From Firmicutes bacterium HGW-Firmicutes-9 (GTDB lineage Bacteria > Bacillota > Clostridia > Christensenellales > CAG-138), in assembly GCA_002841395.1 (NCBI GenBank), contig PGZM01000002.1:576459-640458 (forward strand): 64,000 nt of DNA. Direction: 5' to 3'. Within the stretch, counting starts at the first letter, position 1. Every line of letters begins with the position of its first letter. Shown piece after piece: positions 28,140-37,780 of this stretch. Below the pieces are notes generated by a model that searched no databases, was not told the origin of the DNA, and saw only the letters and a list, made by a program, of their open reading frames with translations. The translations under genes were made by a program, and so were the position numbers.

Positions 28140-28592
28140 CTAGTTCAGCGGCGTAACGCTCAGCTGCTCAATATTCAACCCATTCACACCGTCAACATAT
28201 CCATAACTGAAAATACCCGCGATCGTAGTGAACTGAACAACGATCATTGCAAAGATCGCAAACAGGAATGTGCCGCGCGGGAATCTCCCCCGTCCACGAA
28301 ATACGCGATACAAAAGCCTGTTGAGGATGATCGTCAGGATCACCGGCGAGAAGAATAAGAGTAGCTGCAATGCGCTCTCTATGATCACCTTCAGTGTGCC
28401 GCTCTTGAGAATGGACCAGTCAAACGCAATCGCGATGCCCAACATATAGAGAGAATAGATCGCCAACAGGACATTGAGAACGATCATTACAATAAAGTAA
28501 GCGATCACACGACCCGCACGATGCCTCGGCAGATCGTGATGTTCGTGATGTTCGTGATGCGGATGCGAGCTTGCTTGTTCCATTTTATTCAC
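28140..28592 (-). CDS. Hypothetical membrane protein with His-rich N-terminus
   Basis: HPHHEHHEHHD followed by 3 hydrophobic segments; GAGGAG RBS. Confidence 0.7.
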   Translation of the reverse strand: MNKMEQASSHPHHEHHEHHDLPRHRAGRVIAYFIVMIVLNVLLAIYSLYMLGIAIAFDWSILKSGTLKVIIESALQLLLFFSPVILTIILNRLLYRVFRGRGRFPRGTFLFAIFAMIVVQFTTIAGIFSYGYVDGVNGLNIEQLSVTPLN

Positions 28593-28612
28593 TCCTCTAT
28601 TGGTTTCGGTGA

Positions 28613-29299
28613 TTATTCTTCTTCGATATCTGCGCTTTCCGATGCCTTCTCGGCGGTTGATTGCGATGCTTCATGCTCCTCAAAGCGTTCCGCAAGCACT
28701 TTTGTGGTGAGATAAGCGGAGATCGCGTCGATCGCCATTTTGTTCTTACCGCCGCGCATGACGGCAAAGTCTGCGTCGTTGATATAGTTTGCGATGTACT
28801 TTTCGTAAACGGGTTTGACGGTCACGACATACTGCTCCGCAATGTTGTCGATCGAACGCCCGCGCGCCTTGATATCGCGCTTGATGCGCCGCAGTAAACA
28901 GATGTCCACGTCCACATGCAGGTATACTTTGAGCGACATCCGTTCGCAGAGCCGCTTGTCATAGAACATGTGGATGCCTTCGAGCACCAGCACTTCAGGC
29001 GGTGTGATTAGCACGTCCGGCGTATCCGCACGCTCGTAATTGACGTAGTCATAGCCCTTGGTTGTGATGGGCTTGCCGCTCTCCAATAGATCGATATCAG
29101 CAAGCAGCTCATCAAAATCGAAGATACCCGGTTCGTCGTAGTTGAGCTTGATGCGCTCGGAAAACGGCAGATCGGGAAAATTGCGATAATAGCAGTCCTG
29201 ACCTATGATGGTGCAGCTGCAGGCAAGCGAATCTTTGATGCGCTTGGCGAGTGTGCTTTTGCCGCTTCCGCTCGCGCCGCAAATACCGACGATGATCAT
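28613..29299 (-). CDS. udk: Uridine kinase
   Basis: GICGASGSGKS, NYDEP, VLEGI and LLRRIKRD. Confidence 0.9.
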   Translation of the reverse strand: MIIVGICGASGSGKSTLAKRIKDSLACSCTIIGQDCYYRNFPDLPFSERIKLNYDEPGIFDFDELLADIDLLESGKPITTKGYDYVNYERADTPDVLITPPEVLVLEGIHMFYDKRLCERMSLKVYLHVDVDICLLRRIKRDIKARGRSIDNIAEQYVVTVKPVYEKYIANYINDADFAVMRGGKNKMAIDAISAYLTTKVLAERFEEHEASQSTAEKASESADIEEE

Positions 29300-29523
29300 G
29301 GTAACATCACTCCTATAAAAACACGGTTGTGTTTGGGTTGGATCAAATCTCTGTTTGGTATCTGTCAGTTTATCATGAAAATATGCAGGTTGGCAATCTT
29401 GGGTGACAGCGGTGCTATGATTTAAGTGAAATGACAGTCTGAAGCTGATTTTCTATTGTTATTCACTTTTTATTATAGTAATATGGTTCAAGATACTATC
29501 GAAAATCGAATGTCGGAGGCAGT

Positions 29524-30039
29524 ATGGAACCGTTGTTTACCAATACATGTGCTTACAGCAAAAAGAACTTACAAGAGGCTATGTTTGCTCTTAATAAGCG
29601 TAAAAGAATATTGATTAGCCTCTTCTGTCTATTTAGCATTGCTGGCTGCATCTATAATTACATCATCTGGTATGATTATCTTTTCATCATAATGGCATTT
29701 GGTTTGCTCGCGTTACTCCTATTTAAGTATGTATACCAGATCATGAATAAAGCAAAAGTCATCGCAGATAGATGCATTCTCCTGTACCATGAGGTGCCGA
29801 TACAAACGGTTCGATTCTTTGATGATCGGCTGGAACCCGTATCAATCATGTCGAAAGAAGAGCTTTCGTTTGAATACACACAGATCATTCGTGTCGAAAA
29901 GTCAAAACGCCTTTATGTTTTGTTCTTCAATGGCAAGGTGATGATTATTCTGGACAAAAGCAAATTTGATAATATTACGCTGGAAGAATTCGAGCGGTTT
30001 ATTCGAGAGAAAGCGGTCAACGCGAAGGTGCTGTTATAA
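29524..30039 (+). CDS. YcxB-like protein (2 TM plus soluble C-domain), copy 1
   Basis: Two TM helices then F.DD...Y.QI.RV....LY.L....IILDK..F; GGAGG RBS; AT-rich. Confidence 0.7.
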   Translation: MEPLFTNTCAYSKKNLQEAMFALNKRKRILISLFCLFSIAGCIYNYIIWYDYLFIIMAFGLLALLLFKYVYQIMNKAKVIADRCILLYHEVPIQTVRFFDDRLEPVSIMSKEELSFEYTQIIRVEKSKRLYVLFFNGKVMIILDKSKFDNITLEEFERFIREKAVNAKVLL

Positions 30040-30056
30040 TGGATAAAGGTGATTAT

Positions 30057-30626
30057 ATGGAACCGTTGTTTGCCAACAAGTGTATTTATACTAAGGATGT
30101 TTTTCGCGAATCTCTGTTCGGATATAACAAACGAAAAAAAGCCCTTACTTTCATAATCCTCGCTTTTCTCATCATAGTAATTCTTATTCAGCTCTTATTG
30201 TATTCTGTCTCCAGCGAGATATATCTTGCCTTGTTCACTATTGTTCTCAGCGCTTTGGTTTTTATTGTTTTACCTATTATTCAGGCAAACCTATCATACA
30301 AACGCAGTATTGAGTTGCATCACGAACCGATCACGGCTTTGACCACGTTTTATGATGATCATTTTGTATCCACAGCTCAGCCTTCGAATGCCACTATTAC
30401 CGTAAAATATAATCAGGTGAAACGAGTCATTGCCACAAAACAATTATACCTTCTTGTGGTCCGTTTGCAGTTGTTCTACATAATCGACAAAAATGGCTTT
30501 GAAAAGATCAATATGGTTGAGTTTGAGAAATTCATAAAAAAAAAGCACCTAAAGCGAAGTTTCATCTTTAGCCTTCTAGAAAATAACATGAAGCTGCTTC
30601 TGCATAACTGCGGAAGCAGCTTTTAA
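30057..30626 (+). CDS. YcxB-like protein, copy 2 (C-terminus probably frameshifted in an A9 run)
   Basis: Starts MEPLF like copy 1; same architecture. Confidence 0.65.
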   Translation: MEPLFANKCIYTKDVFRESLFGYNKRKKALTFIILAFLIIVILIQLLLYSVSSEIYLALFTIVLSALVFIVLPIIQANLSYKRSIELHHEPITALTTFYDDHFVSTAQPSNATITVKYNQVKRVIATKQLYLLVVRLQLFYIIDKNGFEKINMVEFEKFIKKKHLKRSFIFSLLENNMKLLLHNCGSSF

Positions 30627-30631
30627 ATTAC

Positions 30632-30663
30632 AAAAAAACAGCCCGGTTACCCGGGCTGCTTTA
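30632..30663. terminator. Bidirectional terminator after rplL
   Basis: AAAAAAACAGCCCGG-TTAC-CCGGGCTGCTTT. Confidence 0.8.
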
Positions 30664-30678
30664 TAAGAGAAAATTCTC

Positions 30679-31050
30679 TTATTTGATTTCGCAGGTTGCG
30701 CCAACTTCTTTGAACGCCGCAACGATCTTCTCGGCGTCTTCTTTGTTGATGCCTTCCTTGACTTTGCTCGGCGCGCCATCGACGACGTCTTTGGCTTCTT
30801 TGAGGCCAAGGCCGGTGAGTTCGCGGACGACCTTGATGACCTTGATCTTCTCGGCGCCAACTTCCGTGAGGACGACGTCGAATTCGGTCTTTTCTTCGGC
30901 TTCTTCTGCGGAAGCTGCGGCGGGGCCGGCGACGGCAACCGCGGTCGCGGCGGCGGATACGCCAAATTCTTCTTCAAGAGCCTTCACGATTTCGTAGAGC
31001 TCAAGAACGGACATCGCTTTGATATCAGCGATCAATTGTTCCTTATTCAT
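30679..31050 (-). CDS. rplL: 50S ribosomal protein L7/L12
   Basis: [16 protein letters not shown] and GLGLKEAK. Confidence 0.97.
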   Translation of the reverse strand: MNKEQLIADIKAMSVLELYEIVKALEEEFGVSAAATAVAVAGPAAASAEEAEEKTEFDVVLTEVGAEKIKVIKVVRELTGLGLKEAKDVVDGAPSKVKEGINKEDAEKIVAAFKEVGATCEIK

Positions 31051-31122
31051 AATAATCTCCTTACATTTTTGTTGCGGATGGTCCGCATAATTGTTGTTTT
31101 TGTTGATACGCGAACTTCCGCT

Positions 31123-31632
31123 TTACGCTTCTGCTCCGTCCTGTTTCTTTGCGATCTCGTTGAGCACGATTGCGAACTTGGAGATCGGGGACATCATGGA
31201 TCCCAGCATGCGTGCAATCATCACCTCGCGGCTCGGCAGGTCTGCAATTGCCTCGACCTGAGCTGCATTGAGAATGCTCGTTTCGACGAAGCCGCCCTTG
31301 AGCTCGCACTTCTTCGCCTTCTTGATGAAAGCCTTGAGGATACGCGCCGGAGCCGCCACGTCCTGATAACCAAACGCGAAAGCGCTTGGTCCTTTGAGTA
31401 CCTGGATGCCTGCTGCATCGATGCCGTTTGCTTCGCACGCGCGTTCCATAATGTGGTTTTTGATGACCGCATATTCGACGCCCGCTTTACGCATTTCTGC
31501 GCGCAGCTCGGTATCCTCCGCAACGCTGATTCCGCGATAGTCAAACACGACGATGCTCTGTGCCTTCTTGATTTTTTCCGCGACAGAAGCAACCTGTTCC
31601 GCTTTGCGTTCTACGTTTTGAACGTTTGCCAT
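31123..31632 (-). CDS. rplJ: 50S ribosomal protein L10
   Basis: DYRG, IKN, LKGPSA and LPSRE. Confidence 0.95.
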   Translation of the reverse strand: MANVQNVERKAEQVASVAEKIKKAQSIVVFDYRGISVAEDTELRAEMRKAGVEYAVIKNHIMERACEANGIDAAGIQVLKGPSAFAFGYQDVAAPARILKAFIKKAKKCELKGGFVETSILNAAQVEAIADLPSREVMIARMLGSMMSPISKFAIVLNEIAKKQDGAEA

Positions 31633-31669
31633 TTCGTTGATTCACCTCCTTGTACCTGTTTAAAGGAAA

Positions 31670-31790
31670 ATAAAAAACCCTCCGCCAACTACAAGACGAA
31701 AGGATGACATACAAACAATATAGGAATGTTGTACGCATCACCTCGGCAGGACTTAACGCGGTTTCCCGCTGCCGGCTGTCTTGGGCGATT
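31670..31790 (-). ncRNA. L10 leader (autoregulatory RNA with attenuator)
   Basis: Minus strand AAGACAGCCGG...CCTGCCGAGG, then a hairpin ending GGCGGAGGG-TTTTTT upstream of rplJ. Confidence 0.75.
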
Positions 31791-31917
31791 TTGTTACCGC
31801 AGAAAATGTTATCATACGTGATAGGCGTTTGTCAACAATCGATGCAATAACGCTTGGATCAAATATTGCCGCCCGGGAAAGCCCCGTTATGAGGCCTTCC
31901 CGAAGCGTATGCAATTC

Positions 31918-32607
31918 TTAGAACTTGAGGGTGTTGAACTTCACACCAGGGCCCATCGTGGAGCTGATGACAACGCTCTTGAGGTAGGTGCCCTTCGCTG
32001 CGGACGGCTTCGCCTTGACGATGGCGTCCATCAGCGTGGAGAGGTTCTCCTGCAGCTTGTCCGCGCCGAACGACGCTTTGCCGATCGGGCAGTGCACGAT
32101 GCTGGTCTTGTCGACGCGATATTCCACTTTACCGGCTTTGATGTCGGCAACGGCTTTCGCGACGTCCATGGTGACCGTACCGCTCTTCGGGTTCGGCATG
32201 AGGCCCTTCGGGCCGAGCACACGACCGATGCGGCCGACGACGCCCATCATATCCGGGGTCGCGACGCAGACGTCGAACTCAAACCAGTTCTCGGTCTGGA
32301 TCTTCTTCACGAGGTCTTCGTCACCGACGTAATCGGCGCCGGCTTCCTGCGCTTCGCGGGCTTTGTCAGCCTTGGCGAACACGAGGACGCGGACCTTTTT
32401 GCCTGTGCCGTGCGGCAGGACGACCGCGCCGCGGACCTGCTGGTCAGCATGACGGGGATCGACGCCGAGGCGGGCATGGACTTCGATGGTCTCGTCAAAC
32501 TTCGCTTTCGCGGTGGTCAGAACGAGATCGAGGCCTTCACGAACATCATACTGCTTCTGGGCTTCGATGCTGTTCTTGCTATCGGTATACTTTTTGCCGT
32601 GTTTCAT
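31918..32607 (-). CDS. rplA: 50S ribosomal protein L1
   Basis: KFDETIE, LPHGTGK and [10 protein letters not shown]. Confidence 0.97.
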   Translation of the reverse strand: MKHGKKYTDSKNSIEAQKQYDVREGLDLVLTTAKAKFDETIEVHARLGVDPRHADQQVRGAVVLPHGTGKKVRVLVFAKADKAREAQEAGADYVGDEDLVKKIQTENWFEFDVCVATPDMMGVVGRIGRVLGPKGLMPNPKSGTVTMDVAKAVADIKAGKVEYRVDKTSIVHCPIGKASFGADKLQENLSTLMDAIVKAKPSAAKGTYLKSVVISSTMGPGVKFNTLKF

Positions 32608-32621
32608 ATTCTCGTTCCTCC

Positions 32622-33047
32622 TCAGTCTCCGACGATGACGCCCATGCTGCGGGCAGTACCCGCTACCATGGACATTGCAGCTTCCACGCTGCCCGCGTTG
32701 AGGTCGGGCATCTTCAGCTCGGCGATTTCACGCACCTGAGCCTTGGAGATCGTGGCAACTTTCGTCTTGTTCGGTACACCAGAAGCAGACTCGATGCCGC
32801 ATGCCTTTTTGATCAGGATGGCGGCCGGAGGCGTCTTGGTGATAAACGAGAACGAACGGTCCGCATACACGGTGATAACAACCGGGATGATCAGACCTGC
32901 GGATTTCTGCGTGCGCTCATTGAACTCTTTGCAGAAAGCCATGATGTTGACGCCCTGTTGACCCAGCGCGGGGCCTACCGGCGGCGCGGGCGTCGCTTTT
33001 GCCGCAGGAATTTGCAGCTTTACGTAGCCTTGGATTTTCTTTGCCAT
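32622..33047 (-). CDS. rplK: 50S ribosomal protein L11
   Basis: [12 protein letters not shown] and GTARSMG. Confidence 0.97.
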   Translation of the reverse strand: MAKKIQGYVKLQIPAAKATPAPPVGPALGQQGVNIMAFCKEFNERTQKSAGLIIPVVITVYADRSFSFITKTPPAAILIKKACGIESASGVPNKTKVATISKAQVREIAELKMPDLNAGSVEAAMSMVAGTARSMGVIVGD

Positions 33048-33073
33048 TGCAGTTTCCTCCGTTTTAATTGGTT

Positions 33074-33102
33074 GTGGTAAGCGGGGTGCCTCCCCCTCCC
33101 AC
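33074..33102 (-). promoter_or_regulatory. L1-binding leader site upstream of rplK
   Basis: GTGGGAGGG...TTACCAC stem on the minus strand, the typical rplK leader. Confidence 0.65.
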
Positions 33103-33164
33103 GTTCTATCAACGCATATAGCGTTATAGATAACTTATTGCTGCTCACGCAGCGGATGAGACGA

Positions 33165-33752
33165 TTACAGTCTCTGAACCTGAACGAAGTCGAGTTCGAC
33201 CGGTGTCTCTCTGCCGAACATGGACACCGTCAGCTTGATCTTTTGGCGTTCGATATCCAGCGCTTCCACGCGGCCTGTGAAGTTCTCCAGCGGGCCGTTG
33301 ATGACGCGAACATGTTCGCCAACCTCGATATTGAGCACGATCGGAATCCGCTCTACGCCCATTGAGGTGACTTCTTCATCGGAAAGCGGGACGGGCTTGC
33401 TGCCCGGACCCACAAATCCCGTCACGCCGCGGGTGTTGCGAACAACATACCACGCGCGGGGATTCATCACGAGATCGACGGACTTGCCGCCGCCCTGCTC
33501 CGCGGGACGCTCTTTTTCAACAACGTCCACGAGCATCTTAACCATGACGTAGCCGGGAAATACTTTTCTCTGGGTTACTTTGCGTTTTCCGTTGGGCAAA
33601 ATCTCGATGGTTTCCTCCGTGGGGTATTTCACCTCAAGGATGATATCCTGAAGCCCTGCGTTTTCCACGGACTTTTCAAGGTCTTCCTTGACCTTGTTTT
33701 CATAACCCGAGTAGGTATGAACCACGTACCATTTTGCTTCCTGCACGCTCAT
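33165..33752 (-). CDS. nusG: Transcription termination/antitermination factor NusG
   Basis: WYVVHTYSGYENKV, FPGYV, WYVVRNTRGVTGF and KOW domain MFGRETPVEL. Confidence 0.96.
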   Translation of the reverse strand: MSVQEAKWYVVHTYSGYENKVKEDLEKSVENAGLQDIILEVKYPTEETIEILPNGKRKVTQRKVFPGYVMVKMLVDVVEKERPAEQGGGKSVDLVMNPRAWYVVRNTRGVTGFVGPGSKPVPLSDEEVTSMGVERIPIVLNIEVGEHVRVINGPLENFTGRVEALDIERQKIKLTVSMFGRETPVELDFVQVQRL

Positions 33753-33758
33753 AACTCC

Positions 33759-34406
33759 TTACCCGATTCTAATACTTGCCAATGCACCGAACCCACTCGA
33801 AAATGCGAGGTCGAGAAGACCGATGAGAAGCGCCATCGCCAGAACAAAGACCACAACCGCCAGCGTGTGGCTGAAGAGTTCTTTGCCGGACAGCCATGTG
33901 AGCTTCTTCACTTCACCGAGCATTTCGCGCAGGAAGCGGACGAGGCCGGTATCATGCTTGCCGTCTACTGCGATAACGTAGAACAGCGCGATTACGACAG
34001 AGACGATGCCAACGACCAGCGCGATGGTTCCCATCTTTGCAGTCGCGGTCAAAATGACCAACGCATACACAACAGAGAGAGCGCCGAGCCACATGAGCCC
34101 TCTGCCCTTTTTGCTGATGAAACCAAGAACGCCCGCTGCGGCCATCAATAGCCCCATCAGACCGCTTGCGATCTTTAATCCCGTCGAAAGCGTATAGCTC
34201 TCTGCGGGGGTAATGATCTGCAGCGTGTTGTAAACGGCGAGGAAAAGCCCGCCTAAGGTGAGAAGAATGCTTGCCGGAAGAAGCAGTTTCGGGCCAACTA
34301 GGCTCCAAAACGGCTTCTTGAGCGAGTGCCCGTGCGCGTCGACCTTTACGATCTTTTTATCCGCGCTCTTGGCATCCTTCTTGGGTGTGCTAAGATTTTG
34401 TGCCAT
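33759..34406 (-). CDS. secE: Preprotein translocase SecE with extended multi-TM N-terminus
   Basis: FLREMLGEVKKLTWLSGKEL plus a TM at the C-terminus; lies between rpmG and nusG. Confidence 0.85.
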   Translation of the reverse strand: MAQNLSTPKKDAKSADKKIVKVDAHGHSLKKPFWSLVGPKLLLPASILLTLGGLFLAVYNTLQIITPAESYTLSTGLKIASGLMGLLMAAAGVLGFISKKGRGLMWLGALSVVYALVILTATAKMGTIALVVGIVSVVIALFYVIAVDGKHDTGLVRFLREMLGEVKKLTWLSGKELFSHTLAVVVFVLAMALLIGLLDLAFSSGFGALASIRIG

Positions 34407-34429
34407 ATCGTTCCTCTTTCGTGTATCCG

Positions 34430-34591
34430 TTACTTGGATTCGCGATGCGTGGTGTGCTTGCGGCAAAAACGGCAATACTTGCTGAACTCAAGCCTTTCAG
34501 GGTCGTTTTTCTTGTTCTTGTAGGTGTTGTAGTTCCTCTGCTTGCACTCGGTGCAGGCCAGGGTGATCTTAACGCGTGCATCTGCTGCCAT
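34430..34591 (-). CDS. rpmG: 50S ribosomal protein L33 (Zn-binding, C+ form); absent from the ORF track
   Basis: Translates to [53 protein letters not shown]; GGAGG RBS. Confidence 0.95.
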   Translation of the reverse strand: MAADARVKITLACTECKQRNYNTYKNKKNDPERLEFSKYCRFCRKHTTHRESK

Positions 34592-34657
34592 GGTGAAAAT
34601 CCTCCGTACATTCGGTTAAAACATCATAAATCGAGCCCCTTTGCGGGGCACCTTCAA

Positions 34658-34686
34658 AAGATACCACACCAAAGGGGCCATGTCAA
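34658..34686 (-). promoter_or_regulatory. Sigma-A promoter of rpmG-secE-nusG
   Basis: TTGACA-17-TATCTT with TG extension. Confidence 0.7.
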
Positions 34687-34738
34687 TCAGTTATTTCTAT
34701 TTCTCCAGACTTTTTGGGAAAAACCGAGGTTTTTTCGC

Positions 34739-36070
34739 TTAATTTCCCGCTACGGTCAGGCCGGAAACAAGCACGCTCGGAGAGCCGACATAGCCGCCTT
34801 GCGGCATGCCGAATCTCAGGTCGCTGCCAACCGCGATGACGTCCTTCATCATGCTCACAAAATTGCCCGCAATGGTGATATTGGACACGGGGCGAACCAC
34901 CGCGCCGTTCTCAACGAGAAATCCTGCGGCTTTCAGCGAAAAGTCGCCGGAAACTTCGTCCACGCCCGCGTGCAGACCTTCCAACTCGGTGATGACAAGG
35001 CCGGTGCCGAGTTCGCGGACGAGCTCGTCATAGCCCAGTTTACCCGGTTCCACACGGAACACGGTTGGCGAAACGCCGACAGCGGAAGCCGCGCTTCTGC
35101 GGCTCGCGTTGCCCGTGCTTTCGGTACCTGCCTTCTTCGCCGTTTTGAGGTTGTGCAGCAGCGTCTTTAGCACGCCGTTCTCAACGACGGCCTTCTTGAT
35201 GCAGGGCGTCCCCTCGCCATCGAATGCGCGCGGCGCGACGGGATCAAACGGATCGTCCCAAATGGTGACGATTTCGCTTGCGATCGTCTCGCCTTCCTTG
35301 CCCGCGAGCAGGGAACAGCCCTTCTGCGCTTCGTCCGCGGAGAACATCGGCGAAAACGCGGTCAGTAGATCGCTCATCGCATACGGCTTGAGCAGCACGC
35401 GATAGCAGCCGGAATCGACCGGACTTGCGCCAAGTTTGTTCAGCGCGTCTTCTACCGCTTCTTTTGCGCAGGCCTCGACGTTTGCGGCCTCGGTTCCCAT
35501 GAAGAACGCAAAGCCGGTCTGCAGCTCCACCCCGTCCTCCACGGAAGGCATTACATAGATATAGGAACTGTCCGAGGTGCGTTCCGCATGCAGGCCGAGA
35601 GAATTCTCCATCACGATCGCGCCGGAATCGTAGCCAACGGTGCAGTAGACCACGCGTTTGACGCGGGGATCGAGCGCAAGGCACGTCTGCTCAAGTTTCT
35701 TGGCAAGGGCGATCCGCTCGGACTCACTCAAGTGTTTCAGCGCGCTGTCCTCACGATGCACCTCTTGATAGGTTTGCTTGGTTTGCATCGGATGATCATC
35801 CGTGCTCTCGTTGCACTTTGCGTTGTCCGCAGCGTGATCGACGAGCTTCTCCGGGTCGTCGATGCGCTCGGTATAGGCATAGCCTTCGCGACCGTTGATC
35901 GATACGCGCACAGACACGCCCGCCTCGCGGCTGACGCTGTAGCGGTCGATCTCGCCTGCGTTTGCGTTGACCTCAAACGATTCGCCGTTTGCGTAAAACA
36001 GTTCCGAGGATGCACAGCCGATTTTCTGCGCATAGTCCATTGCGCGTTTTGCAAATTCTTGATACGTCAT
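34739..36070 (-). CDS. pmbA: TldE/PmbA-family protein
   Basis: FDGEG, STGNASR, SGDFS and ITIAGN; lacks HEXXXH. Confidence 0.85.
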   Translation of the reverse strand: MTYQEFAKRAMDYAQKIGCASSELFYANGESFEVNANAGEIDRYSVSREAGVSVRVSINGREGYAYTERIDDPEKLVDHAADNAKCNESTDDHPMQTKQTYQEVHREDSALKHLSESERIALAKKLEQTCLALDPRVKRVVYCTVGYDSGAIVMENSLGLHAERTSDSSYIYVMPSVEDGVELQTGFAFFMGTEAANVEACAKEAVEDALNKLGASPVDSGCYRVLLKPYAMSDLLTAFSPMFSADEAQKGCSLLAGKEGETIASEIVTIWDDPFDPVAPRAFDGEGTPCIKKAVVENGVLKTLLHNLKTAKKAGTESTGNASRRSAASAVGVSPTVFRVEPGKLGYDELVRELGTGLVITELEGLHAGVDEVSGDFSLKAAGFLVENGAVVRPVSNITIAGNFVSMMKDVIAVGSDLRFGMPQGGYVGSPSVLVSGLTVAGN

Positions 36071-37485
36071 TCGATTGCGCCTCCCTTACCGCCGATGGTC
36101 ATGCCGGATACACGAATGCGCGGCTGTCCGACGTTGGTCGGTACAGAACCGGAGAGCGAACCGCACATGCCGGGCGCCATCGTCATCGTCTTGCCGACGC
36201 GGTCAATCTTGAGCAGCACCTCGCTGCCTTTTCCGATCAGGGTAGCGCCGCGTACCGGCGAGACGATCTTGCCGTTCTTGACCCAATAACCTTCCGCAAC
36301 GCTGAAGTTGAATTCACCCGTCGGCGGGTTGACGGAACCGCCGCCCATCTTGCGGGCAAACAGTCCTTCCGCCATGCCGGAGATCATTTCCTCTTCGTCA
36401 TCCGAACCTTCGCAGATGAAGGTGTTCGTCATGCGCGATGTCGGCGCGAACATATAGCCCTGCCTGCGGGACGAGCCCGTGCTGGGCATGCCCATCCGGC
36501 GCGAGCCGAGTTTGTCGATCAAATAGCCTTTGAGAACGCCGTTCTCGATCAATAGATTGCGCTGCGGCTTGCCGCCTTCGTCGTCCACATTGATCGAGCC
36601 CCACTCACCGGGCATCGTGCCGTCGTCGACCGCGCTGACGCAATCCGCGGCAATCTTGGTGTTCAGCTTGCCACAAAAGACGGAGTTGTTGCGCCCGACC
36701 GCGGTTGCTTCCAGAGAATGGCCGCACGCTTCATGGAAGATCACGCCGCCGAAGCCGCCGTCGATCACGACGGGAAGATTCCCTGCCGGGCACTCCGGCG
36801 CGTGCAACATGGTCACCGCCATATCAGCGGCGGACTTTGCGTGTTTTTCAACATCGATGACTTCGCGATACGTTTCAAACCCGCGAATGCAGCCGGGGCC
36901 TTCATAGCCCGTCTGCGCTTCGGTGCCGTTCATCGCAATTGCCTGCAGATAGATGCGCGTGCGCGGACGCTCGTCTGTTACAAACTGTCCGTCGGTGTTC
37001 ACGATGGTCACGCGCTGCACCTGATCCAGATAGCGCACCAGCGCTTGTGTGACCTCTGGCGACGTCGCCTTGATCGCACGTGCGCCTTTGCGCATCACAT
37101 CGATGCGATCGGCATTACCGATCGAATCAAAGCGCTGCTTGACGGGTGTGGTGAAATTGTTGCGGGACAAGGTGATTTCGCCGTTTGGTGCAAACTTCGC
37201 TTCGCCAAGCGCGGCGGCTGCCGCCCGCGCGGTATCCATCAGCGACTGCTCGTTGATATCCGCGCAATAGGCATATGCGCTCTGCGTGCCCAGCAGTACG
37301 CGCACGCCCGCGCCGCAGATGCGAGAGTAGTTTGCGCTCTCCACCTTGCCGTCGATCATTTCGATGCGCGTGCTCTCGTTGTCCTCTAAAAACAATTCGG
37401 CATAGTCAGCGCCGCTCTTCTGGGCTTCTTTTAAGACAGCCAGCGCGGTTAACTCCGATATCAAACCTGTAGGTGTTGGATTCAA
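36067..37485 (-). CDS. tldD: TldD metalloprotease
   Basis: FHEACGHSLE, PTSRMTNT and GQP; probable TTG start after AGGAGG. Confidence 0.9.
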   Translation of the reverse strand: MNPTPTGLISELTALAVLKEAQKSGADYAELFLEDNESTRIEMIDGKVESANYSRICGAGVRVLLGTQSAYAYCADINEQSLMDTARAAAAALGEAKFAPNGEITLSRNNFTTPVKQRFDSIGNADRIDVMRKGARAIKATSPEVTQALVRYLDQVQRVTIVNTDGQFVTDERPRTRIYLQAIAMNGTEAQTGYEGPGCIRGFETYREVIDVEKHAKSAADMAVTMLHAPECPAGNLPVVIDGGFGGVIFHEACGHSLEATAVGRNNSVFCGKLNTKIAADCVSAVDDGTMPGEWGSINVDDEGGKPQRNLLIENGVLKGYLIDKLGSRRMGMPSTGSSRRQGYMFAPTSRMTNTFICEGSDDEEEMISGMAEGLFARKMGGGSVNPPTGEFNFSVAEGYWVKNGKIVSPVRGATLIGKGSEVLLKIDRVGKTMTMAPGMCGSLSGSVPTNVGQPRIRVSGMTIGGKGGAIE

Positions 37486-37780
37486 ATCCGGTTCCTCCTG
37501 ATTGAGATAGCATGCGCTGCGCAAATTGCGCTTGCATACTCCGCGGCTTATGCAACGGTATCTTCATGATAGTAGAACGCAACCCAATCGTCAACCCAAA
37601 AGGCCTGCCGGAATTGTGTAGTCTTTGCGAACAACTTACATACTTAATTAAAAACAATTCCTGTTATTTTACGCTTGAGTAATAAACGCTCATATTAGCA
37701 AATACTGCGCTATCGCACGCCAAAAATACCGATTTGTTACATCTTTACAACCGCCACTCGTGTATGGTAAAGTCCCGATT

